A stretch of DNA of 64,000 nt from an uncultured Candidatus Saccharibacteria bacterium (GTDB taxonomy: Bacteria > Patescibacteriota > Saccharimonadia > Saccharimonadales > AWTP1-31). The DNA is taken from contig CAZVTA010000001.1 of NCBI GenBank assembly GCA_964629815.1, positions 189,226 to 253,225 of the forward strand, given 5' to 3'. This document shows, in pieces, positions 24,050-33,583 of this stretch (positions are counted from its first letter, which is position 1; each line of letters opens with the position of its first letter). The notes under the pieces were generated by a model. That model was given only the letters and a program-made list of their open reading frames with translations. It did no database searches and was not told where the DNA came from. Made by a program: the position numbers and the translations under genes.

Positions 24050-25191
24050 GAACGTGCAAGCTGTTTTTTGGTCGTAGCTGTTAGTTCACGTTTTGCAAAG
24101 GCGGCGCATTCTGCTTTTGCATCGGCGTACATCATTTGTTGAGGCGGCGTCTTTTGTGTCCATGCGCTTGGGCCACGAAGGGCGCCAACAATGCCCATTT
24201 CGTGCGCTACTTTTAGGTAACGAATAGCGTCGATAACAACGCCCGCACTGTTTTCGCTATCTTGGACGGATAGCTTAGCATCAATAGTTACTTCTGCTTC
24301 ACCAAATCCGCGTAAACGAATATTGAAGTATGCTACTTTATTGTCTTTTAGGTATGGCAGATAGGTGCTGGGACCTGCAAACAAGCTGTTCTTCTCCACT
24401 GGAATGCCGCGTATGTCATTCTGTGCTCGTATGACATTTTCTTTGCTCTTCTTCTTGCTCGCAAGGCGCGATTGCACCATCATATTATTAAAGTCGGTAT
24501 TGCCGCCGATATTGAGTTGCTGATGAAAATCAACAATCATGCCACGGTCAAACGCAAGCTCTTGTAGTACTTGACTCATTACACTTGCGCCCAACTGGCT
24601 GCGCATGTCGTCGCCGACGATCGGTAACCGTGCATCAATGAACTTTTTCTCCCAAGCAGGATCGCTCGCAATAAAGACAGGTATACAGTTTAGGAAAGCA
24701 ACCCCTGCGTCCAGAGCTGCTTGCGCATAAAACTCTGTAGCCTTTTGCGATCCGACGGGCAGATAGTTAATAAGTATGTCTGCTCCACTCTTTTTGAGTG
24801 CATCAACAATATCGATCGGCTTTTGTTTGCTAATGCGAAAACCCTCGTCTTCGGGCTGTTCGAGCATATAGTCCGAAACCCCATCGAGTACAGGACCCAT
24901 TTGCACAACAGGACCATCCGTTACGTTGGGGCAAAATACACGGGCGCAGTTTGGTTTTGCAAAAATTGCACGCCCAATTGGTTGGCCAACTTTGCGTGCA
25001 TCGACGTCAAATGCGGCAACGACCTCGATGTCTGTAGGTCCATAGCCGCCAATATCGTCGAACATAATACCAGGTACTTTTTTGCCCTTGTGGGCAGCGT
25101 AGTATGCAAAACCTTGGTATAGTGCAGAACAGCAATTGCCTACGCCGGCAATAGCTACTTTTATGGTTTTGCTGTTTTTGTGTGTAGTCAT
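24046..25191 (-). CDS. ino1: Inositol-3-phosphate synthase (myo-inositol-1-phosphate synthase)
   Basis: 381 aa. N-terminal Rossmann KVAIAGVGNCCSALYQG plus conserved core (NGSPVGSQKAT-like LPVGSQKATEF, GDDMRSQLGA, KKKSKENV region) typical of bacterial/archaeal MIPS. Confidence 0.9.
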   Translation of the reverse strand: MTTHKNSKTIKVAIAGVGNCCSALYQGFAYYAAHKGKKVPGIMFDDIGGYGPTDIEVVAAFDVDARKVGQPIGRAIFAKPNCARVFCPNVTDGPVVQMGPVLDGVSDYMLEQPEDEGFRISKQKPIDIVDALKKSGADILINYLPVGSQKATEFYAQAALDAGVAFLNCIPVFIASDPAWEKKFIDARLPIVGDDMRSQLGASVMSQVLQELAFDRGMIVDFHQQLNIGGNTDFNNMMVQSRLASKKKSKENVIRAQNDIRGIPVEKNSLFAGPSTYLPYLKDNKVAYFNIRLRGFGEAEVTIDAKLSVQDSENSAGVVIDAIRYLKVAHEMGIVGALRGPSAWTQKTPPQQMMYADAKAECAAFAKRELTATTKKQLARS

Positions 25192-25239
25192 CCTTCTCCC
25201 CTAATGTATGTACAAAAAGTGTACTATGCTGCGTTAAAA

Positions 25240-25272
25240 TAAAAAAGAAAAATCGCTTCCATTGAAAGCGAT
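25240..25272 (-). terminator. Rho-independent terminator after rpmG
   Basis: Minus strand ATCGCTT-TCAATGG-AAGCGAT followed by TTTTTCTTTTTTATTTT. Confidence 0.7.
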
Positions 25273-25469
25273 TATTTCTTTACTTCGTTTCGGCCCAGAC
25301 TTTTCTTCGTTTCGCTGTACCACGTGTATTTTCGAAGCACGGGGTTGTATTTACGTAAGCGAAGCTTGTCGGGCGTATTCATTGTGTTCTTCGATGTGTA
25401 GTAGTGGCGGTGGCCAGACTCTTCACATACCAAACCAATGAGCTTGCGTTTATCGGTTTTCTTTGCCAT
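25272..25469 (-). CDS. rpmG: 50S ribosomal protein bL33
   Basis: MAKKTDKRKLIGLVCEESGHRHYYTSKNTMNTPDKLRLRKYNPVLRKYTWYSETK shows the L33 pattern. Confidence 0.85.
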   Translation of the reverse strand: MAKKTDKRKLIGLVCEESGHRHYYTSKNTMNTPDKLRLRKYNPVLRKYTWYSETKKSLGRNEVKK

Positions 25470-25571
25470 AGACACTCATTTTAACAGATTAACAAAAGAA
25501 ATACAAATAGTAGTTGCTTGTTATATCGGATATTACAAACAAAAAAATGCCAACAAACTGGCATTTTGTAG

Positions 25572-25648
25572 TGGAGCCGGCAGAGGGATTCGAACCCACG
25601 ACCTACGGTTTACAAAACCGCCGCTCTAACCAACTGAGCTATGCCGGC
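25572..25648 (-). tRNA. trnT: tRNA-Thr (anticodon TGT), CCA-encoded
   Basis: Manual cloverleaf of the reverse complement: acceptor GCCGGCA/TGCCGGC, anticodon arm GCGGT-TTTGTAA-ACCGT, T loop TTCGAAT (one U-U mismatch in the T stem). Confidence 0.85.
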
Positions 25649-25717
25649 GAGGTTAACAGTAGTAAAGTGTAGCAAAAACCGAAGAAATTTGCTACTATAT
25701 TTAGGTTGATTGGTTTT

Positions 25718-25803
25718 GCAGGGATAGTGAAGCGGTCAAACACGGCAGACTGTAAATCTGTTGGCATTCGCCTTCGGGGGTTCGAATCCCTCTCCCTGCA
25801 CCA
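25718..25803 (+). tRNA. trnY: tRNA-Tyr (anticodon GTA), long variable arm, CCA-encoded
   Basis: Acceptor GCAGGGA/TCCCTGC, anticodon arm GCAGA-CTGTAAA-TCTGT, variable arm TGGCATTCGCCTTC, T loop TTCGAAT; 86 nt. Confidence 0.9.
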
Positions 25804-25861
25804 CACACTAGAGCATTAGGGATGTTAGAACTTTTCAATAGCTAACGTTATATCAGACATT

Positions 25862-26230
25862 ATGAAGTACGTCATTAGGTCAATATTCAGGCCCATCTCA
25901 AATCGTCACTATACCAATAAAAAAGTGAGTGCTGTTTTGTATGCATTAAGCTTCTTCCCCGGAATTTTGATTAGTCTATTCGGGGCAATTGCTGTTGATT
26001 CATTTTTCTGGTTCGTACTCATTGCTTTAGTGTTGTATGGATTTATAGATTATATTGTGTTTGATGCATTTTTAGATAAATTAAGTTGGAAATTATTTTG
26101 GCGTCACTTTTACTCAGATGAAGTCTATGAGCCCACACAAGAATATGATGTAATGAAAGCTTATGAATCAGATCCAACTGAAGAAAATTATCAAGCACTT
26201 CAAAAACATCTAAAAGACAAGTGGCTTTAA
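25862..26230 (+). CDS. Hypothetical membrane protein (122 aa)
   Basis: ORF-track ORF with two hydrophobic helices, in an AT-rich stretch. Confidence 0.5.
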   Translation: MKYVIRSIFRPISNRHYTNKKVSAVLYALSFFPGILISLFGAIAVDSFFWFVLIALVLYGFIDYIVFDAFLDKLSWKLFWRHFYSDEVYEPTQEYDVMKAYESDPTEENYQALQKHLKDKWL

Positions 26231-26299
26231 TTAGTGGATGCTATTAAAGTGGTTCTAGCAGCGTAGATTATGCTGCATCACACCCGGTAAGTATTAAGA

Positions 26300-26327
26300 G
26301 TGTTAGATTAAATCTAACACTCTTTTG
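26300..26327 (+). terminator. Hairpin terminator (perfect 9-bp inverted repeat)
   Basis: GTGTTAGAT-TAA-ATCTAACAC followed by TCTTTTGTT; overlaps the promoter region of the next gene. Confidence 0.6.
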
Positions 26328-26343
26328 TTATACTAACCGTATC

Positions 26344-26829
26344 ATGACGAAGTTATTTATTAGACATAGTCTTTCAGAAGCAAATAACCGTGAGAATTAT
26401 GGCACTCCCGCTTTTGGCAGCGCGCGTGTGGGACTTATGCCCGAAGGATGGGAACAATCTGCAAAGATGGGTCGTGTATTAGAGGATAATTATGGAATCG
26501 ACGTGACCACCGAGCCGGTGGCAGTATCTACTTTGTTGCGTACTCAAGAAACGGCCATTGGTGCAGGTTTTGAAAATTTGATAGTTTATTCTTGCTTGGA
26601 CGAAGAAAAAGGCACTATGAATGACATAGAGACAAGATGGGCGTTGGATCATCGCCTATCACCTGAAGCAACAATCAAAGCCGCTCGTTATATTATTGCT
26701 AATACACCCGAAGAAAGGGTAATAATTACTCACGCATATATAATTGCGACCATCTGTCAGCAGCTTGGTCTGTATACGGACGCAAAGTTTACACCAAAGT
26801 TCTGCGAAATCAGAGAGTTGCCATTGTAG
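26344..26829 (+). CDS. Histidine phosphatase superfamily protein (phosphoglycerate-mutase-like)
   Basis: 161 aa with N-terminal LFIRHSLSEAN (an RHG-like catalytic motif). Extended -10 TGTTATACT lies 9 nt upstream of the ATG with no SD. Confidence 0.55.
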   Translation: MTKLFIRHSLSEANNRENYGTPAFGSARVGLMPEGWEQSAKMGRVLEDNYGIDVTTEPVAVSTLLRTQETAIGAGFENLIVYSCLDEEKGTMNDIETRWALDHRLSPEATIKAARYIIANTPEERVIITHAYIIATICQQLGLYTDAKFTPKFCEIRELPL

Positions 26830-27030
26830 CCAGCAGCCTTACCAACGGGCTTTATAAGCATAAGCGAGATGCCGACATTGATAGCCCAAAAGTTAGGTAT
26901 CATGAAGGGGCGCATTACGCACTTAAGATGGCAGTAAGTGGCTTAAGCCATATCATGAAAACAACTGGCTAGCTCATACATTGTGAATTAGACGTTGCAT
27001 GACTTGTGCTCATGCCTATACAGTATAAGT

Positions 27031-28470
27031 ATGGGCGAGGTGTTGCACGAAAAATGTGCAGTTGTGGGCGTGGCAGATGCAAGCGGTGAACAGCGACTCG
27101 CTGCTGCTCTTACTCATATGGGTTTGTTTACGCTACAGCATCGTGGCACCGAATCTTCTGGAATCGTTTCGTCTAATGACGGCGGGTATCTTCAAAAACA
27201 TCATGGCTTTGGGCTTGTTAAAGATGTTTACGCTATTGATGACCTCATGAAGCTCGAGGGAGATGTTGCGGTTGGTCAAAATAGATATGCAACTAACGGC
27301 GGCAAGAAAGATAAAAAATACATCCAACCATTTTGGTATTTAAGTACAGGCATATCGTTTGGCCACAATGGAAATTTGCCAGATACAGATAGACTTGAGC
27401 AACATCTAAGGCAAAGGCGAGTTAGAACTGAAGACATGAATGACTCGCGAATGATGGGCGCACTCATAAACGAAAATATTCGGGTTGCCGATGATGTATT
27501 GGGTGCCGTAGCCCAGTCGACAGAATTTTTCGACGGTGCATATTCGTGCGTTACTTCGCATGATGGCTGGCTGGTTGGCTTTCGTGATCCGTTTGGTATT
27601 CGACCACTTGCGATTGGTAGGCTAGATAATGCGTATGTTATTGCTTCAGAAAGCTGCGCCCTGGACACCATGAACGCCGAGTTTGTGCGAGAAGTTGAAC
27701 CAGGCGAAATTGTAGCAACAGATGGCAAACAGATAATTTCGAAACGGTTCGCCGAAGCCACACCAAAGCTTGATATGTTTGAGTTTGTTTATTTTGCACG
27801 TCCTGACAGTGTATTAAACGGCAAAGTAGTTGACCAGGTGCGCAGGAATTTTGGTAAAACACTTGCAGAACAATTTTCACCAAATGCAAATAGAGCAGAT
27901 AACGTAGTGGTGGTACCGGTGCCTGCAACGTCTGTTCCAGTTGCAGAGGCTTATGCAGAGGCGCATGGCATACCAATGCGAAGCGCAATTGTGAAAAGCA
28001 GTTATGTTGGCCGTACGTTTATCGCACCAGAGCAGCAAGTGCGTGAAGTCGAACTGAGCCTCAAGCATAATCTGATGGAGCATTTGATCAAGGGTAAGGA
28101 TGTGATATTTGTTGATGATTCGATTGTACGACTCAACACGATTCCGGCATTAGTAAGAAGGGCTCGTGAACTTGGTGCGCGAACAGTCTCGGTACTGATT
28201 TCGTCGCCTCCTGTACGCTTTCCTGATTACTATGGAATTGACACTCCCCTTCAGGCTGATTTAGCGGCAGCAAATATGACCGTTGAGGAAATGAGACGAC
28301 AGATAGAAGGTAACAGGCTTGGCTTTCTTTCTGTTTCTCAGACGGTAGAAGCAACTGGGCTACCGTTTAGTAGTTTCAATCTGTCTCCGTTTACGGGGCA
28401 TTACCCAATTCCTATTGGAAAAAATCAATACGAGATTTATTCACCAGCCAGCATGGAATATGTGGATTAG
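27031..28470 (+). CDS. purF: Amidophosphoribosyltransferase
   Basis: Ntn Cys after a short propeptide (MGEVLHEKCAVVGV), LQHRGTESSGI, and a PRTase motif VIFVDDSIVRLNT. ATG 27031 is preferred over the track TTG at 26995. Confidence 0.9.
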   Translation: MGEVLHEKCAVVGVADASGEQRLAAALTHMGLFTLQHRGTESSGIVSSNDGGYLQKHHGFGLVKDVYAIDDLMKLEGDVAVGQNRYATNGGKKDKKYIQPFWYLSTGISFGHNGNLPDTDRLEQHLRQRRVRTEDMNDSRMMGALINENIRVADDVLGAVAQSTEFFDGAYSCVTSHDGWLVGFRDPFGIRPLAIGRLDNAYVIASESCALDTMNAEFVREVEPGEIVATDGKQIISKRFAEATPKLDMFEFVYFARPDSVLNGKVVDQVRRNFGKTLAEQFSPNANRADNVVVVPVPATSVPVAEAYAEAHGIPMRSAIVKSSYVGRTFIAPEQQVREVELSLKHNLMEHLIKGKDVIFVDDSIVRLNTIPALVRRARELGARTVSVLISSPPVRFPDYYGIDTPLQADLAAANMTVEEMRRQIEGNRLGFLSVSQTVEATGLPFSSFNLSPFTGHYPIPIGKNQYEIYSPASMEYVD

Positions 28471-28522
28471 ATCAACTTACTCTCCACAAAAAGTGTATTA
28501 TCTGGTAAAATAGTGCGGTTGC

Positions 28523-28597
<75 letters not shown>

Positions 28598-28608
28598 TAA
28601 AAAATTAG

Positions 28609-28633
28609 AGCACCGAGCCAGGGTGCTTTTTTA
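28609..28633. terminator. Bidirectional rho-independent terminator
   Basis: AGCACC-GAGCCAG-GGTGCT flanked by an A-run upstream and a T-run downstream. It serves tRNA-Thr on the plus strand and the TPR gene on the minus strand. Confidence 0.8.
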
Positions 28634-28636
28634 TTG

Positions 28637-29290
28637 CTATACTACGACGCGCTTTGGTCGGATGACTCGTTTTGGTTTGCCTGACGGAACGATGAGTTTC
28701 TTGAGACGCTGTTCTATTTGGTCGGCTTCGGCATGCATGTCGTTATCGAGATACGCCTTCTGTAGAAGTTGTAAAGATTCTTTGTTGGTTTCGAGTTCTA
28801 CAGCTTTTTCAAGTTCTTCGAGCATGAGCTTGGTATTGCCGAGTTTTTCTTGTACTTTTGCATAGGCTATATGCCGCGCGGCAAGGTTGTCTTCTAGCTT
28901 TAGGGCTTGCTCGAAAGCGATGGCTGCCTTAGGGTAGTTTTCGGTTTCGAAATAGATGAGACCAAGGTTGTGTAGGCTCGAAGGCGTAGACTCGATACTG
29001 CTGGCTATCTCGAAACAATCAATAGCGTCTTTATATTCTTTTTGTTTTGCATACAAAATACCAAGACGGTTATACGCAGCAGCGTTCTTTTGGTCGATCT
29101 TTAGGATAGTCAGCAAGGCTTTCTCTGCGCGAAGAAAACGATTTTCTCGCATGCCTTGGTGAGCAATGTCCCATAGCTTACCAACTTTGTCACTAATTTT
29201 TCGAGGAAAGTCCGATAGCTCATCTTCGCGGACGACGGTGCCGCGGATGGCGAGTATTCCAAAGCCAACAACTAGTGCTAGTTCATACAT
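28637..29290 (-). CDS. TPR-repeat protein with N-terminal membrane anchor
   Basis: 217 aa with N-terminal hydrophobic helix MYELALVVGFGILAI, followed by TPR-like repeats (AAAYNRLGILYAKQKEYKDAIDCFE...). Confidence 0.75.
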   Translation of the reverse strand: MYELALVVGFGILAIRGTVVREDELSDFPRKISDKVGKLWDIAHQGMRENRFLRAEKALLTILKIDQKNAAAYNRLGILYAKQKEYKDAIDCFEIASSIESTPSSLHNLGLIYFETENYPKAAIAFEQALKLEDNLAARHIAYAKVQEKLGNTKLMLEELEKAVELETNKESLQLLQKAYLDNDMHAEADQIEQRLKKLIVPSGKPKRVIRPKRVVV

Positions 29291-29311
29291 GTATCTACTA
29301 GTATATCAAAT

Positions 29312-30169
29312 TTAGAGCGCTAACATAACCGAAGTGGCTACGAGCTTGCTGTTTGTCCCCTGCTCTAACTGTTGGATACTGCGTAGTACGAGCTTCTGTT
29401 TTTGCAGCCATTGCGTTACCTTCTGGTCATTTTGTTGTTTGGCAGCATGTATCATGGCGGCATTAATGACACGCAGTAAAGCAGCAAGAAGAGACTGTAG
29501 CGCTTCTTTGTTTTTGGATAATTCTTCAACACGTAGCATTTTCTCAAAGGAGCTTTTGCTTAATAATAGCTTCGCCTCGTTAATGGTTTGCAGCGATGTG
29601 TCATCTGGGTTATCGAGCAGAGTCTGTAATAAACGAGGTGCGCCTTCGCTCATAAAAAATGCTTTCTCTATTGCCGCCTGTTCGTGGGTGCTTGCAAAGG
29701 TTTGCACGGCTTGTTCCAGCGAAAGCGGTGTTGATTGTATTGTTTGCACACGCGACAAAATCGTAGGTAATAACTGTCTCGGGTTGCCTGTACAGAGCAC
29801 AAAGATAGTGTCTGCAGGTGGCTCCTCGAGCATTTTAAGGAGTGCGTTCTGGGCTTCGGTGCTAATAGTTTCTGCTTCGTTTATGAGAATGGCTCTTCTC
29901 AATGCACTTGTGCCTGGAACTACAAGTTTTATAAATTGCTGGATTTCGCGAACCGCTTCGATGCCGATAGAGCTGGGGGTGGGGTTAATCAGAAGAATGT
30001 ACGGATGCGATGCGGTATTGGCTACGCCAAGCAGCGAAGCAATAATGTAATGTGCTATATCTGCTTTGTGAGTGTAGGCTTGTCCACTAATCACTAACCC
30101 GTGTGCAGGGCTTGCCAAGAATCGATCGACTTGCTGCATTGTATCTTGAGAAAGCAATGGTTTATTCAT
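29312..30169 (-). CDS. holB: DNA polymerase III subunit delta'
   Basis: AAA+ clamp-loader-like: LINEAETISTEAQNALLKMLEEPP, ILSRVQ. ATG 30169 overlaps the rluD stop (ATGAATAA) and is preferred over the longer track ORF. Confidence 0.8.
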   Translation of the reverse strand: MNKPLLSQDTMQQVDRFLASPAHGLVISGQAYTHKADIAHYIIASLLGVANTASHPYILLINPTPSSIGIEAVREIQQFIKLVVPGTSALRRAILINEAETISTEAQNALLKMLEEPPADTIFVLCTGNPRQLLPTILSRVQTIQSTPLSLEQAVQTFASTHEQAAIEKAFFMSEGAPRLLQTLLDNPDDTSLQTINEAKLLLSKSSFEKMLRVEELSKNKEALQSLLAALLRVINAAMIHAAKQQNDQKVTQWLQKQKLVLRSIQQLEQGTNSKLVATSVMLAL

Positions 30170-31019
30170 GCTGAAATATTTCCTCGAACGCTGGTGGTAC
30201 AGGAGAAGTAAAGACCTTGTGTTGTTTATTAGGGAGTGTGATATCAAGTTTATGGGCGTGCAAGTAGGTTCGTTTAGCAGGTTTGCCACCGTAGAGTTCA
30301 TCGCCTAAAATTGGGCAACCCATGTAGGCCATATGTACGCGGAGTTGGTGTGTGCGACCAGTCTCTGGACGTAATTCAATAAGGCTGAGTTCTGGTGTGG
30401 TCTTTAATGTATGATACTGCGTTTTTGCAGGTTTGCCGTTTACGCCGACCCGGAATGTTTGTGGTTTCTTAGGATTGCGTTCGATAGGCATGTCGATAAT
30501 TGCTTCGCTTGGGTTTGGCGACCCTTGAACGACTGCAACGTATGTTTTTTTGGCCTTTCGTTCACTAAACTGTTTTTGCAGCCATGACATTGCCGTCGGT
30601 GTTTTGGCACAGATAATTACCCCAGATGTAACGCGGTCGAGTCGGTGTACAATGCCGCCGCGGTCAGTGTCGAGGTCTTGGGTGTGAGGTCGAATAAAGG
30701 TCGATACTGTAGCTTCTGGGTTAAAGGCACCCTTGCTGTGCGTCAAGACACCGGCCGGTTTATCGATAACTAAACAATCATTGTCTTCGTACAAAATAGG
30801 TAGGCTGACTTCTGGTATTTCATTGGTAGAAACAGGCTCGTAATTTATATGAATGCTATCCGTCTGCGATACTTTAGTAGAAGGTTTAAATACTGTTGTG
30901 CCGTCGATGGAGACTTTGCCCTGGTCGAGAAGCACGCTCGCAAATGAGCGACTTACGCCAAGTTCTTTAGCAATGCAGGCATCGATACGGCCGCTAGCTG
31001 ATGGAATGATTGTTTGCAT
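30162..31019 (-). CDS. rluD: RluA-family pseudouridine synthase (RluD-like, S4 domain)
   Basis: 285 aa; catalytic motif HRLDRVTSGVI and C-terminal GRTHQLRVH. Confidence 0.9.
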   Translation of the reverse strand: MQTIIPSASGRIDACIAKELGVSRSFASVLLDQGKVSIDGTTVFKPSTKVSQTDSIHINYEPVSTNEIPEVSLPILYEDNDCLVIDKPAGVLTHSKGAFNPEATVSTFIRPHTQDLDTDRGGIVHRLDRVTSGVIICAKTPTAMSWLQKQFSERKAKKTYVAVVQGSPNPSEAIIDMPIERNPKKPQTFRVGVNGKPAKTQYHTLKTTPELSLIELRPETGRTHQLRVHMAYMGCPILGDELYGGKPAKRTYLHAHKLDITLPNKQHKVFTSPVPPAFEEIFQHE

Positions 31020-31024
31020 GGTGC

Positions 31025-31309
31025 TTACGCCGTTGGCTCTGCCTCGTCACCAACAATTACAATAACTTTAACCGCTGTTTCGCCAATTCTGCCAAAACAT
31101 TCTTGCGGTGCAAGCTCTGTGCGTGCAAGACGATCTGGTTTTGCGGTTATAGTAACTTCAAGTGGTCCGTTATCAAACTTGAGTGTTACAGGATGTACTA
31201 TTGGCGGTAGTAATTGTCTTCTTGGATGTACGGCCCTACTAGTGCCTCTTACCCAGATTGTTTCGCCGCTTGTTGCAGGGGCCTCCATTCCAAGATCTTC
31301 GTGACTCAT
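31025..31309 (-). CDS. Hypothetical protein (94 aa)
   Basis: ORF-track ORF whose start overlaps the trpS stop by 4 nt (ATGA). A plus-strand ORF of similar size overlaps it, so the strand choice rests on operon context. Confidence 0.45.
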   Translation of the reverse strand: MSHEDLGMEAPATSGETIWVRGTSRAVHPRRQLLPPIVHPVTLKFDNGPLEVTITAKPDRLARTELAPQECFGRIGETAVKVIVIVGDEAEPTA

Positions 31310-32328
31310 CGGAGGCCCACAGCTTTCTGTACCGCAAGAAGTGTTTGTTGTGCGACTTCGTTCATAGCACGTTCGGATGACTCTAATTTGCTCGTGAGGA
31401 CATTGTCGTCGACATCTGCAAGACGCTTCTGAAACGAATCCAAAAAGGCGGCAACTGCATCTGCAACGTCGGTTTTGAGTAGACCATATTGAGATTGGCC
31501 TGCATATACTGCCGCAACTTCATTGACAGGACGATCCGAGAGCGCTGCGAGTATATCAAGCAGGTTGCTAATACCAGGTTGTGTATCGTAGTCGTAGTTA
31601 ATGCTCGCAAGGCTATCTGTGGTGGCAGACATGACCTTTTTACGCGCTGCCTCTGGTGTATCGCCCAGGAATATAACACCCTTGCCTGATTCGTCTGATT
31701 TGCTCATTTTTTTGTCGGGTTTTTGTAGGTCACGAATACGTAGGCGCTGAGCGGTTTTTGCGAACGCAATTTGTTCTTTTTCTGCTTCGGGTGGAGTGAA
31801 TATCTCACCAAACTTATTGTTCATGCGTAGTGCAATATCGCGCGCAAGCTCTACATGCTGTGTTTGGTCTGCCCCAACGGGCACATACTTCGCGCCATAT
31901 AGCAAAATGTCTGCAGCCATAAGAACCGGGTAGTCGAATAAACCGACGCTGACATTCTGTTGCCCTTCGCCTTTCTCTTTAAACTGCGTCATTCGACTCA
32001 GTTCGCCCATGTAAGCAAAACAATTCAAGATAACAGTGAGTTCACTGTGGGCGGGTATACGGCTTTGTCGATACAGATACGTATGTGAATTGTCGAGATC
32101 TAACCCAGCAGCAATAAACAGACGCAAGTTGTGCATGGTTTGCTTGTAGAGCGTACTGTGGTCGATAGGGGTTGTGAAGCTGTGTAGGTCTGGGACGAAT
32201 AAGTTGATTTGATAGTCACCTGCCATTTCTTGTTGCATTTTGACAATAGGAAGCAGTGCACCCAGGTAGTTACCAAGGTGAAGATCGTTATTGGCGCGAA
32301 GGCCTGTGAGTATTACCGGTGTATTCAT
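31306..32328 (-). CDS. trpS: Tryptophan--tRNA ligase
   Basis: 340 aa; class I motifs HLGNYLGA (HIGH-like) and KMSKS. Confidence 0.95.
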   Translation of the reverse strand: MNTPVILTGLRANNDLHLGNYLGALLPIVKMQQEMAGDYQINLFVPDLHSFTTPIDHSTLYKQTMHNLRLFIAAGLDLDNSHTYLYRQSRIPAHSELTVILNCFAYMGELSRMTQFKEKGEGQQNVSVGLFDYPVLMAADILLYGAKYVPVGADQTQHVELARDIALRMNNKFGEIFTPPEAEKEQIAFAKTAQRLRIRDLQKPDKKMSKSDESGKGVIFLGDTPEAARKKVMSATTDSLASINYDYDTQPGISNLLDILAALSDRPVNEVAAVYAGQSQYGLLKTDVADAVAAFLDSFQKRLADVDDNVLTSKLESSERAMNEVAQQTLLAVQKAVGLR

Positions 32329-32390
32329 ATTATCTCCATTATAGTATATCTGTTGTATATGTCAGTATTTCTGATACGAGTGTGGCATTT

Positions 32391-33515
32391 TTACAATGCT
32401 TTCACAAAAAGTTCGATGCTGCTTCGTAAGACCGGAACCGAATCATGCGTCAGCAGAAAATTTGGATCGGTTCTGCCGGTGTTTACGCCAATTTCGGCAA
32501 TCATGCCGCGTAAGCAGTGTGCATCGGCTATGCGACCTATGTTTATGGCGCCAGTGATTTCATCGAGCACGTTAATGACTCTGTTGTGACCCTTTCGAGG
32601 GATATCAAGCATTGGCGGTACGCCATGGGTTGCGTCGAGCAGCACTGCGCTTCCAAGCGACTCACCAAGCAGACACATGCGCGAAAGGTGTAATAACGCA
32701 GCATTACGGCGTTGTTCTGCGCTGAGTCCTTCTGGAAGCTCGTGTCCACGCGCAATAAACGCTATCGATTGGTTGCCCTGTTCGACCGGTACAAGTGGCG
32801 TTGCGATACCCGGATGTATCGCGGTTCGGCCCAGATTACCAATAAACACTCCTGAATTGTCATTTATATTACTGTTCCCTCGGATAGTTTCGTGAGCCTG
32901 CATGAGTAGATCTTCGTCATTACCACGAGTACTATTCTTGAGGCCTACTGGCAAATGGTATGCGCTCATGGTATCGCGTCGCTCAGTTGGTTCTATATCG
33001 CGTGCGCCAATCCATACTGCGCTGAGCCATGGTGCGAGTGCAGCTAGTTGCTCGGTTTCGGTTATTTCAGTAACGACGGGAATATGTCTGTTAAATGCTT
33101 GCTGTACCGCCCAAAAAACACTTTGTCGCTCGGTCGGGTCGAGGCTATTAAATGCTCCTCTCCAACCAGTGCTCGTGCGTGGTTTTGCTCCATTTGCCCG
33201 AAAGGCAATTAAGCAGTCGGGGTTTTGCTGTTGTAGTTCGGCAATAAATTCGAAGAGCGGGCCGTAGTCAACGCCTCGGTCGAGCGAACACGGGCCTATG
33301 ATGACAAGTTTTTTGCCCGATTCAGTTCTGAATATTTTGCCGATTTCTTCTCGGTAGATATCCCGAGATAATGTCGCGTCTGCTGCAAGTTTGTCGCTCA
33401 GTGCACGTAAGTGGTCTTGTCCACGGATGTCGTGTGCCAAAAACATGTCGAGTGCAATCGCTGCTCCGTTGTCGAGTGCCCAATGATGTTTTAATATGTC
33501 TTCTATATTTTCCAT
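32391..33515 (-). CDS. Class I DAHP synthase-like protein (3-deoxy-7-phosphoheptulonate synthase family)
   Basis: VIIGPCSLD, AKPRTSTGWRGAFNS, WIGARD and LPVGLKNS align with AroG-type motifs (VIGPCS, EKPRTTVGWKG, IGAR, PVGFKN). Confidence 0.7.
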   Translation of the reverse strand: MENIEDILKHHWALDNGAAIALDMFLAHDIRGQDHLRALSDKLAADATLSRDIYREEIGKIFRTESGKKLVIIGPCSLDRGVDYGPLFEFIAELQQQNPDCLIAFRANGAKPRTSTGWRGAFNSLDPTERQSVFWAVQQAFNRHIPVVTEITETEQLAALAPWLSAVWIGARDIEPTERRDTMSAYHLPVGLKNSTRGNDEDLLMQAHETIRGNSNINDNSGVFIGNLGRTAIHPGIATPLVPVEQGNQSIAFIARGHELPEGLSAEQRRNAALLHLSRMCLLGESLGSAVLLDATHGVPPMLDIPRKGHNRVINVLDEITGAINIGRIADAHCLRGMIAEIGVNTGRTDPNFLLTHDSVPVLRSSIELFVKAL

Positions 33516-33533
33516 ACTGTTTTCCTTTGTATT

Positions 33534-33561
33534 AAAAAAGCCCGCTGTCGTGGCGGGCTTT
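33534..33561 (-). terminator. Rho-independent terminator about 20 nt upstream of the DAHP-synthase-like start
   Basis: Minus strand AAAGCCCGC-CACGACA-GCGGGCTTTTTT, followed by AATACAAAGGAAAACAGTATG. Confidence 0.75.
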
Positions 33562-33583
33562 AGAGAATGTATTTATTGCATTA

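Noticed and set aside
29334-30050. 238-aa plus-strand ORF antisense to holB
   Set aside because: The product is Ser/Cys/Ala-rich low-complexity sequence, while the minus strand carries clamp-loader motifs (LEEPP, SRVQ).
31014-31304. 96-aa plus-strand ORF overlapping the 94-aa minus-strand ORF
   Set aside because: It is Ser/Thr/Gly-rich and runs opposite to the trpS-rluD operon. The minus-strand ORF is coupled to trpS by ATGA. Neither has a recognisable family, so confidence stays low.
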